A DNA stretch of 63,439 nt, filler included, from Perkinsus chesapeaki ATCC PRA-425 (Eukaryota; Protista; Perkinsozoa), in the NCBI GenBank assembly GCA_013115145.1. It is 6 parts of 6 records of this genome, joined end to end, with 100 filler letters (N's around TTAATTAATTAA, not from the genome) between each part and the next. Parts side by side here need not be neighbours in the genome. Positions count along the whole stretch, not along the records: positions 1 to 18,916 come from JAAPAO010000649.1; positions 19,017 to 34,306 come from JAAPAO010000729.1; 4 more parts are not named here. One strand, written 5' to 3'. The position numbers and the translations under genes are program-made. Positions 12,154-24,495 of the stretch are shown one piece after another (position 1 is the first letter of the stretch; the number at the start of each line of letters is the position of its first letter). The notes beneath the pieces are model-generated. The model ran no database searches. It saw nothing but the letters and a program-made list of their open reading frames with translations, and had not been told where the DNA came from.

Positions 12154-13284
12154 TTACATCCGACCGCGGCGTAGAGTAAGCCTGAACAAGGTCTGAGCTG
12201 CTGATGGCCCACCATTGAACTCCATCACAATCTGCGAATCGTTTTCATCGTCATGGGTGATGAAAAGATTCTCGTGGTTGAAGATACCTTTCTCAAGATG
12301 CATACCAGCTTTCCTCAAACTGCTCTCCATTCTCGAAAGTATGTTGTCCAGAGCTTTGGTGCCGTCAGATGGGACACTCGATGGGCGAAATCTTTGCTTC
12401 TTCCCATCGTAACGGGGAGCTAACTTCACCGCGCCACTTCGAGACCCGAAGACTGTGCCCCTATGGTCCGTGTAACTAATCAAGGCACTCCAAGTCAAAG
12501 ACTCCTCCAGTTTGAGATATACCTCAACCTCCCCCAAAATGCGATTTTTGAACTGTAGACGACCTTTGTACAGACCAGATTGGATCATCGTTTGACCCTT
12601 AACAGGGCAGTGGCAAGCAGCCGACGTCGTCGTCGTCGTCGTTCCTGTCTTAGTGGCCTCCTTTACTCTTCGTGACTTCCTCGAAGGTTCTTCGATTTCG
12701 TCATCACCGGAATCGACTTGTATAACTTCACCACGTGACCTTTTCACTCCACCCTTAGACGACGCTCTCGCTTCCCTCTCTTCGTACTCGGCAAACACTT
12801 TCAGGATGGTTGAATCAATGTAATCGCGGTACGTCACCATCATTTCTTTCGGGGTGACAGAACTTGTGTCCTCCTTAACCATCAACATTTCACAGTTCTC
12901 AGCACCCCCATTATATCCGACCAACACGAATGTAGAGCCATCATCGTTAACATTTTTTATTCCCAACTTCACCAGCCCTGGCCGGTCTAACGCTCGACTT
13001 AGGGAAGGTAGAACTTGTTCAAGCCGTTTCCCAAATTGCAGTTCAACTTCACCGTGACCCTCCCGCTGAGGTAGAGTAAAATCGAAACAAGCTTCTTCGG
13101 AAATGAAGAACATCCCAGTGGTAAGATCTCCCTTGCAAAAACCAATAACAGGTAGGATGTTCTTAGCTCCACGATGACCGGATAAGCTATTCATATAATA
13201 AACCCCCGAAAGGTGAGGAGTGCCGAAAATGCATTGAAATTGGATCGTCCATAGAAGGGAGATCGATACCTGCTGCCCTTTCAT
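12154..13284 (-). CDS. Intronless predicted secreted two-domain protein, paralogue B (376 aa from the Met at 13284)
   Basis: Long ORF. Signal-like N-terminus MKGQQVSISLLWTIQFQCIFG, linker KRSRGE...RKSRRVKE, C-terminal IQSGLYKGRL / LDNILSRMESSLR / HENLFI / LTLRR. Confidence 0.78.
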   Translation of the reverse strand: MKGQQVSISLLWTIQFQCIFGTPHLSGVYYMNSLSGHRGAKNILPVIGFCKGDLTTGMFFISEEACFDFTLPQREGHGEVELQFGKRLEQVLPSLSRALDRPGLVKLGIKNVNDDGSTFVLVGYNGGAENCEMLMVKEDTSSVTPKEMMVTYRDYIDSTILKVFAEYEEREARASSKGGVKRSRGEVIQVDSGDDEIEEPSRKSRRVKEATKTGTTTTTTSAACHCPVKGQTMIQSGLYKGRLQFKNRILGEVEVYLKLEESLTWSALISYTDHRGTVFGSRSGAVKLAPRYDGKKQRFRPSSVPSDGTKALDNILSRMESSLRKAGMHLEKGIFNHENLFITHDDENDSQIVMEFNGGPSAAQTLFRLTLRRGRM

Positions 13285-13419
13285 CCCTAATAAAAACGCT
13301 AACAAAAAACAATTTTATGCCTAATTCTAGTGCTGCCTAAGGCACACTGATGTCGCGCGGCGGCGCCGCAGAACGAAAAACGAAATTTCTTTCCAGGTCG
13401 AGTTAGTGCGGAACAATTG

Positions 13420-14100
13420 GGTCGATTCATCAGTGATCAAGTATTGAGAACTCAATATAGGATGAGCCAACTCCGACTTGGAGTCTCAAAGTCAGCCGAT
13501 ATTTCTTCCCGTCTGCATCTTGCCCCAAGATGTCGTCGAGTATTGTATTTCGGTAACGAATGCATCTCAATGGTCTTAGTTATCCCAACTGTAATGAGAT
13601 GAGACATGAATGTCGTCTTATAAATTGTTGGAAATTATTATTATTCTGAATCATGATACCTACGACTACCGCAAAGTTTTTAATGTCATCACCACCACAC
13701 TGGTTAGAAATAACGTTACATCAATGTAGAAGATGACCCTGTTCTCAGCAAACAAAACAACAACTGCGAGGATCGATAAAGAAATGTTATTTATTTTTTC
13801 AACATGCCTCCCTCGCCTCCCGGCGTGACATCGCCTATGAAGACCAAGACCGCGCGCCAGGAAATTATTACGTTCCTTACATCGACAGAGGCCTGTCATG
13901 ACGCTTGGCATCTGACCACATGTTCGGCAACTCCAAAGCCAGATACGATCAGTTGTTAATGTCACACCAGGAAGAGATAATAGAGCTAATCGTAGACACC
14001 CAAAACCATAGTCACTCGCCACGAAATTACTACCAAACCTGATGACCATTTAGAGTGGTATCACCCCAAATGGGCTCGAGCAGTGTTGTTGAACATTCCA
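13420..14100 (-). CDS. Possible unidentified spliced gene; no clean model obtained
   Basis: Canonical-looking 46-nt intron at 13835-13880 (GTAAGG...CATAG) carrying the shared intronic motif; the flanking frames are open but unrecognised. Confidence 0.25.
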
Positions 14101-15444
14101 AGATGGTTCGCGAACGGCAAAGAAATGATCGAAAAGATATGAAAAAATATATCTTATTTTTATTTTATATCCCAAATATCATCTATTATCTTCCTTGCCG
14201 ACTCACTATCATTCCTCCAGACTATCATCAAAGTGACGTCACTTATCGCAGATAGTTTATCACTTCCAGCAGACGACGACGAATCTTTATCAATTTGTTA
14301 GTATCAAACCACAAATACTGCTACCTCACGAGAAAATACGACACGGCATTTCGCACAATGTCGGTTAGGCCTTCTACGTTTTCAACTAGACTCGTAATTC
14401 CAACTCTTCTCGCAGTATTACTTTTTATTATATTCTCCCAAGAATCTATCCAATCGTATATTTCCCTTAAACCCTGCCAGCAGCCTCAAAGTATTCCTAA
14501 CAACCTCCTCCGGCACACTTCTCAGTGTTGCCGTCTCCGCTGGTTTTACACAGGTCAAGCCTGGTGGGATCGATGGCTCCTTACATCGCTGGCTCGATAC
14601 CTAATACCTCATCGCACTCCATTGCACAGATCATGACGAGGAGTAGAGCGAAATTCCGACCAAGTTGCGCGATCCTCTTTATTGATGATTTATATGAGAA
14701 TAGAGTAACGTGGCGCGCAAGAATCTGCTACAGTGCTTTGGTACTTAAAGCAAGACTCGACGCAAAGATAAATTATTTAAAATGTAAATTCTATTTCAAC
14801 CATCCCGTATTATAAGACAGATGCCTACGCTGGGAATTCTACCGGGTGTGGTAGCGTATCTCAAGATACTATACGAGAATTCAACCTTGTGCGTTTGAAA
14901 TAATGACCTGCAAACCTTCAAGGATCTGTCCTTGACCGCAATAGCATGAAGAAAATTGATCCAACCTCAGCAACAACGTATATTGTAAGTACATCTCATA
15001 CGAACGTTGGGATAGAATTAAGTTGTGAAATATGATCCTAGAAAATGACCTGACCTCACACTACAACCATTTGACCCTTTTTAAGAACTCTCTGTAAAAA
15101 AATAACCCTTCGGATTCCCCCTGTCGTAGCTGTACTGTTACCTTAAGTGTTCTACTATCTTTTTCCATGCCTTCACCGAACCCATCAGCAGCCAATAACT
15201 TATCCAGTGTCAGTACCTGTTGCATTTCAAGTGACATTATAATAACAACCACCAACCGCAATACTCCGGCTTAACGAACTCAAAGCGTGCTCCACGCAGA
15301 TAAAAAGATATTTTTACTTTATCCTGGATGAAAAATGGTAAACGTGCTCTCTTGGAGCCCAGAAATGGACCTCCATCCCACCGAATAGCGGCCTAGACAG
15401 CGGCGGTGATCCGAGGAGGAGGATTTACAAAATAAGTTGAACTA

Positions 15445-16557
15445 TTAGTCTGATGATGCTGAGCCTGGGAATAAGAAGTCCGACAACTTTGGATTCCTGT
15501 GGCACTGAACTTTACCTGCAACACATATTAACAACTCATTCGTCTTGGTTATTCCAACCTACCATCGGCACCCCTCAGAAATCTCCTCTCCTGCAGCTCG
15601 TCGTGATGCTGATGACCTGCTGCTGCTGTATCATCATCTTCATGTAGATAATAACATGAGGTGCCAAAAGGGCATTGCTGTCCATTGGCTATAAACTTAC
15701 ACGGTATTCTCGATAAAGCCTCCTTGTACCCTCGTATAGCCTCATCCTTTTCAACACCATCAGGGAGATAAATGTCCGATGGTGTTATTAGGAAGCTTTC
15801 GACTCGACATAGCGGACAAAGCCGCAAGTTCAATCGATCTTGGCTTCCTTTTTGATCTCGCCAACGTCTTATACAATTTAAACAAAAGGGATGAGAACAG
15901 TTCTCAAGGAGACCGAAACGTCGACCGCGCGCCACGATATCTTCATCACAGATGGAGCAAATCAAAGGCCCTTCAACCTGCCAAAAATGTCCGCAATTTC
16001 CCACAAGTTTTTCCTACCGTATAGGAGCTGACCGCGGGAGCATCGTAACCGTACTGGGAATAACCGTAAGGATTGTTGCTGGTTAATTGAGAGGATATCT
16101 CATTGTTATAGTAGTGCTGATGATGCCAGACATCAAAGTCATCAGTTTCAACTCTTAAATAGAATAACTCTCGCGAACTTCTATCATCACTGAAATCATC
16201 TTCCGATGTATTGTAATGATGACTTGGTGGCTCTGTCTGTTCCCATAGATCTTCATCACAATACACCCCAGAGGCACAAGGCGTGAATGGCGGGGAGACA
16301 TCGCTTGTGACAGGTTGCACGAAGGCTGCTGTTGAGTCTCGAGACAACACTTGGTCGATATAATAACTATGTCCAAGAGTTCGTTGATGAGGTGATGATT
16401 CCTCTTCACATTTTGGTGTGAAGTATTTGCAATTTTCTTGGCCGCGAAATAACGGTCTTCCAACATAGTAGATGTTTTTGCAGGAGTCATCACCATCCTT
16501 ATCGCAATTCTCACTCGCCTCAGAATTGGTCCTCGGAGGGGAATCATAAGTGCTCAC
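15445..16557 (-). CDS. MKRN: Makorin-like RING/CCCH E3 ubiquitin ligase (multi-exon; true start may be further upstream)
   Basis: CSICDEDI...RFGLLENCSHPFCLNCIRRWR...CPLCRVESFLITPS (makorin C3HC4 RING), then YKEALSRIPCKFIANGQQCPFGTSCYYLH (C-terminal CCCH). Last exon ends KLSDFLFPGSASSD*. Confidence 0.88.
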
Positions 16558-17993
16558 TGAAATGAGGTCAAACTAGCACAATCTACACAGTGCGATAAAA
16601 TCATCTTTAAAATACTCCTGCGACTTCTCACCAGAAAGATTCCATTGACCGGGGGGCATCTTATCAGTATAATCTCGAAATGTTGTTGCAGGATCTCGCC
16701 AATACATTGTAATTGTAAACTAAAGTCAATAATGCTGCTGAGACGACGGAAATGCAACGTTGCGTGCAAAATGGTGAGAGATGAGAAAATGCAAGAGTGC
16801 AAGATCTAGTCATCAGCATGAAATCTCATCGAATATGGGATTACGGGAGGGAACCGCAACTTGGCCCGAAGCCCGGGAGCCGGGATCTTTGGGTTCACGA
16901 GCTGAACTCCATAACAATCTCGTGCGCGCCCAAAGATGGTCAAGTTTTGTGTTTCCAATGTCAGTCTATTGTTTCAATGTTGATCTCAATTTGAGGTCCT
17001 CAAACGAAGCAAGTGTGTGGCGACGAACCAAGGTGTCCGTCGGAAGGAGCTGGTGGCGGATCCATAATGAACACAATGCAGAAGACGTAAACCAGATACC
17101 AATAGTTGATGAAGTATAGCGCAGAGGGCCAATGGGAGCAGATAGCAGATCTTGTGACGAGAGGGATCAGAGGGGACGAAGGGACGGTCAAAGAGAAAGA
17201 AGGAGACAGAAGAAGGAAAGAAGGGCACTGAGAAACATTATCACTAAAACGCACACTACATCACGGACTAATGATTGCAATACTTAGATCAGTAGCTAGG
17301 ATATAGCCTAGCAGTTTCTTCTACACAAAAAGATATCTTGGCGAGCGAGAACGGCGGTGAGCCTTCGCACGCCACAAGTGATGTAATTCCAGTTGCGAAA
17401 CATTGTTCAAGGTCTTTGGTAATAGACTAGACATCGCCGTATCCAAGAGATTAAAAAAAATTGTCCTTCGAGTACCACTCGATATGTCTCCAGGCATGGC
17501 TCGGCCGGTTCGGCCGTACCATCTGTACCAGTTGTACACAATCCTAACTCAGTAATCTGCACGCATCGCCACCCTGCACGCATGCGTTGTGTCGTTTGTC
17601 TACCTTGTGTCAGGCTGTGCAATCAATCTTACCAGTGCGCAATCCCTCCTTACGCGACATTTCACTACCGCTACAGTCCTATGTCCTTCCGCTAACCAGC
17701 TGTTGTTGTCCGTAAACTACAACTTGTAGTCATTGTCAAGAACTTGTTGATCCCCAATACGGTGTGGCAATCACTCATTTATGTGCCTGCTGGCAGACTG
17801 CCACTGAGTGGGTTTTGCTCGCCATAGGATAGTATCCTAAGGATACTCATTTTGAGTCAGTCGCCTGTAGCGGTGCTGCAGTTTCTTACCCAGTTTCTTA
17901 GTGTGGCTAGTAAGTCTACACCTTTTCCCGTGCAAGTTTGATAAATGTCTAAGCAACAATGTCAATGTCTTTCCCAAGAATGACAATAAGTAT

Positions 17994-18238
17994 TCATCTT
18001 TGACACACCCTTGATTTATCGGGTCCAAGTTTGACAGTATGCAATCATCTTTGACACACCCTTGATTTATCGGGTCCAAGTTTGACAGTATGCAATCATC
18101 TTTGACACACCCTTGATTNNNNNNNNNNNNNNNNNNNNNNNNNNNNNNNNNNNNNNNNNNNNNNNNNNNNNNNNNNNNNNNNNNNNNNNNNNNNNNNNNN
18201 NNNNNNNNNNNNNNNNNTTATCGGGTCCAAGTTTGACA
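17994..18238. repeat. 51-bp tandem repeat, copy number unresolved (spans a 99-N gap)
   Basis: Unit atcatctttgacacacccttgatttatcgggtccaagtttgacagtatgca, about 2.4 identical copies before the gap and a partial copy after it. The minus frame reads (LDPINQGCVKDDCILSN)n without stops. Confidence 0.9.
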
Positions 18239-18295
18239 ACATCCCAACCAAGAATGATAATAAGCGGCCAACTTTTGATATTACTATTACGCTTT

Positions 18296-18346
18296 AATAT
18301 TATCCTTGACTTTGTCAACCCGGTTGACAAAGTCAAAGATAATATT
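18296..18346. repeat. Near-perfect palindrome, 25-bp arms (1 mismatch) with a 1-nt centre, extendable imperfectly to about 18285-18356
   Basis: aatattatccttgactttgtcaacc-c-ggttgacaaagtcaaagataatatt. Confidence 0.9.
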
Positions 18347-18916
18347 GAAGCTAATACTACCGATTTAGTAGTTCATCCGGGCCAGTCCATCAATTTGTAG
18401 GATCATATTCGTATCGCAGCTCCATGCTTACTCCAAACGCGGACGAGGAATTATATCTACGCTAGTAGAGCTCTACAGCCTTCAGTACAGCATTGATAAA
18501 GTTCATTCACTTCGGTTCAACGCGACAACAAAAACACTGAAAAACGGCTGGAGTGAACAATCGGTTGGGTGAACCAGCTAGAGTATGGAGCACCGCACTT
18601 TGTGCACGTGCGTAGAATTTGTGACTAAGAGTGATATTTAGCAAGACCTAAGACTGCATGTTTAACGACCACCATTACTGAGCATAAACAGGACAATAGC
18701 CAAGATCTGGGAACTGGGGCTTGGCGCGTAGTTGACTCCAGTTCTTGTAGCTCACAATCTCCTTATGGATAGGAGCTCTTTCTTCTAGACTTCTAGCCCA
18801 CATATTCAAATGTTTATGAGGAGGTATACTATAGAACTGACGAGGCAGAGCATTTGGTCCCAAACGATCCGAAAGACCGATATTCCACGTGAATCTTGCT
18901 CGGACATTGGCAGGGA

Positions 18917-19016
18917 NNNNNNNNNNNNNNNNNNNNNNNNNNNNNNNNNNNNNNNNNNNNTTAATTAATTAANNNNNNNNNNNNNNNNNNNNNNNNNNNN
19001 NNNNNNNNNNNNNNNN
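18917..19016. other. Artificial contig linker N44-TTAATTAATTAA-N44 (also at 34307-34406, 53861-53960, 60409-60508, 62073-62172)
   Basis: An identical six-frame-stop 12-mer is centred in exactly 100 bp at five places. Confidence 0.95.
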
Positions 19017-19051
19017 CTGTGCACACACACCCTCCTTGAAGAATATCGTCG

Positions 19052-20780
19052 ATGAAGGCTCAACAACTTCCGGCTTGTCACTTGATACTACTCGTAGCCA
19101 AAGTACTTTCTATTCACGTAGAAGAAAGGACGTACGACTTCGATATTGTCGAGAAATATAATGCTTTTAAAAAAAGTAAGGATTAGGTCACCTCCGTTAA
19201 CCCGGCAACTCTCTCTTAGCTTCGATTACTCAGGTATGCCATAAGCTTTGACAGTATGGCTGAGGACGCATATCGCCTCGGAAGTATTCAGGAAGAATGT
19301 GATGTTTATAGAGGAAACTAATAGAAGAAGTGGGTGATACATGTCAACGATGCTAATGTTTCTTAATACTTCCCATATATTCGAGCGATATGAGTACGGC
19401 TGAGCTGAGGGTAGAATTCGGTGCCTCATCCGTTTCGGTAGCGACGACAATCTTATTTTCATCATGCAACGTCTGGTTCATGTCGCAAAAACTTAATTGC
19501 AACGTGAGATCTTTAGATTTATCGTATACATTGGAGGTTAACGAGTTCGCCGCCATGACCCAAGACGAGTTCGCCAGAGAGAAGATGGCTTCACCAGATT
19601 CGTTTCCAGTGCATTCTGGTCTGTTAAGCATTATTCTGAAGTCCGCAAGTCGTCTTCTTTAGTAGACATCCCGCTAGGGAACGAACATTATATGAGGAAC
19701 GACTCGCTGGAGGACTTCCCATCAGACCTCAGCTGGGTTGAAAGAGGTGCCGTTAACAGCCCAATTCCTCAGGGTTTATGTGGTAGCTGCTACGCGATAG
19801 GGACATTAGGTAAGAACTGGCTTACTTTGAGGTTATCAATTCCCATTTGATAGCCTACTTGGTGATATCCATCGGATGTCTTATCCTCTAGGTGCTTTGG
19901 AAGCAGCATGCTGGGCTAAAACTGGTACCCTACCCAAACTTTCGGTACAGCAAATAGTTGACTGTTCACGGGAAGAAGGCAACTTGTGAGCGCCTTTACC
20001 AGAAATTTTCTTGCAGAAAATATGTCAATAAGGTTTTTTGTTTTAGGGGTTGTGTGAAAGGCTCATCAGGAATCACCCTGAGGTATATTATCAAGTATGG
20101 CATAGTGTCCGATGAAGACTATCCTTATGAAGCCAAGGAGCAACAGTGCAAGAATGACGTCGTATCTGATAAGACCAAGCAATACTTGAAGGTGAGACCA
20201 GCTCTTCAACACCGACGGTTCTCATGTCATGTGATTCTTTCAGCCGAGAACCCTACGAGTAGACGATGTCGTTCAGGTCGCGGCAAACGATCTCAGAAGT
20301 CTTTTCGTGCAACTTCAAAAGAGCCCCATAGTCATTATGGTTGACGCTAGCGAGCCTGAGTGGCAAGCATACAAGGGGGGGATTCTTGAATGTGAGCCGC
20401 CGATTTCGATAACGTCGAGAATCAATTTCAGCCTTCCCTTGCCAAAAGGAGCCTAATCATGTGGTTCTCCTTGTCGGTTATGGGGTAGAGAAAGGGAAAA
20501 GGCAAGTCTATCGCCCATCCTAAACTTCGTTACTATCCGATAGTTACTGGGTTATAAGAAATAGCTGGGGCACTGGTTGGGGGGAAGGTGGGTATGCTAG
20601 GATTATTAGAGATCCCAACGCTACACAAGGACCTGGTAAGAATACTATATTTCATCACAGATGCTGATAAGACCTATCATCAAGCATCTTGGCCAATCTC
20701 AGGCTTCTGCAATATGATGTATGATTGTGCCGTCCGAATACAATTCTCGGACTCAGCGTCACCACATGCGTGCCGTAAAG
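19052..20780 (+). CDS. Cathepsin L-like papain-family cysteine protease, copy 1; two frameshifts near the 5' end (pseudogene or sequencing error); 3' end approximate
   Basis: Signal [20 protein letters not shown]; I29 propeptide ([30 protein letters not shown]); [10 protein letters not shown]; [10 protein letters not shown]; [10 protein letters not shown]; [18 protein letters not shown]7 run at about 19169-19175 and an extra G at about 19281 relative to copy 2. Confidence 0.88.
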
Positions 20781-21899
20781 GTAATCTAATTTCAACAATC
20801 AAACTGAGTATCGGCGTTCCCCTTAGGTTCATATTAGGTGGCTATATAATCCTGTCGGGCTCAGTCTTTATCAATCCTCCATCTTTTCGAACGCCATGAA
20901 GTCGCGATTAGTCGGAGCGCGCACATGTGCTTTCGCTCCTTCTGCTGTTAATCACCTTTATTAAATGGGCTATAACGGGCCCCACAGGCCTTGACAAAGT
21001 GGTTATTGTGGTTTCACCTAGTCAGTACTTTTCTTGTTCTAATAATGGCGATGAGTTTAATGCAGACCCTGGTGGGCACCGGATCAATTACAAGGTATTT
21101 GTTCATCGGCGATGAATCATCGCACTTCAAGTAAGCGAATTGAAATCTACAACACTCGTGATATCAACAGTTCCCTTGTATCAAAGCACCTCGTCATTCC
21201 CGTGTATCTTGCCGCTTTTCCGGATTTCGTCTTCAGTACTCCGACGTTCCAGGAGTTCGGGGTGCTCCTGCCCTTGTTGTGTTCACTTATCTCACAAAAG
21301 TTACTCATTGCTTTACTTTATCCGCATGATCTCTTGCTTGTAGCTCGCCTATAAATTTAATCGAACTGCTAAGTCTTAGCCGCTGTCTACCAATGATGCT
21401 TTCGGGTCGACACATTAACCCACCTCACTTTTATTATGTCGTGAGTAGATATTATGGAAGTCATTCTGCTTTTAGTAATGTGGAGGATAATCGAATTGAA
21501 AGAATGATTTGAACATTATGTTTTACTATTCAAGTTACAACCTCTCGCTAGCTATTGAGTATAAAACTAAGTCTAGCAGAAGTTCTTGGCACATCCCAAA
21601 TTCTCTTCCACGAATTCTGTGGCGAGTGACGAGAGCTTCGTGTGCGGGCTAAAGAGAGGACAGATGCATATCGCATTCCCATGCTTTATCAAAGAGACGT
21701 TGGTTGCAAAGTGAAGCTCGATGTACCGAATGAACGATTCGAGAAAATTGCAGAAATGGATTACAGCGGCCTTTGAACTCCACGGCCTCTACGGAGCAGT
21801 TCAACCGACCAGCTTTGGATTAGAAGTTTAATATCTCATCCAACTCCCATCAGAACGATCGAGTGTATTCTCGTTCAGTTTTTATCAGAATTCACCTCA

Positions 21900-24320
<2,421 letters not shown>

Positions 24321-24495
24321 GCGGCTTCGCTCCGCTGTTTGCCGCCGCGCCGTTGAGGAAACTCAAGCTCTCGTAAGTGCGCAAGATTAAGAGACAAGTC
24401 TCGTTTGGCTCGGTTCCAGGGCAAGGAAAGGCGTTGGAGTTAGTCAATTCTAAAGCGGGGGTTGTCCTTTGCCTGGCATTTGAGGGAAGTGCGGT

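Noticed and set aside
15061-15261. FKBP-like small gene (RTLKRVLKKGQ)
   Set aside because: One short motif only; I could not build a consistent spliced model.
17994-18238. 51-bp repeat as a CRISPR array
   Set aside because: Units are contiguous with no unique spacers, the context is eukaryotic, and there are no cas genes.
17300-18916. Decayed non-LTR retrotransposon C-terminus
   Set aside because: Only vague LRTG and Cys hints across several frames with many stops; no RT motif seen.
18961-18972. TTAATTAATTAA repeated five times as a biological motif
   Set aside because: Always centred in exactly 44+44 Ns; it is a six-frame-stop assembly linker.
19226-19631. Minus-strand ORFs here and at 32802-33243
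   Set aside because: Antisense shadows of the cathepsin prodomain exons and intron; duplicated only because the cathepsin is.
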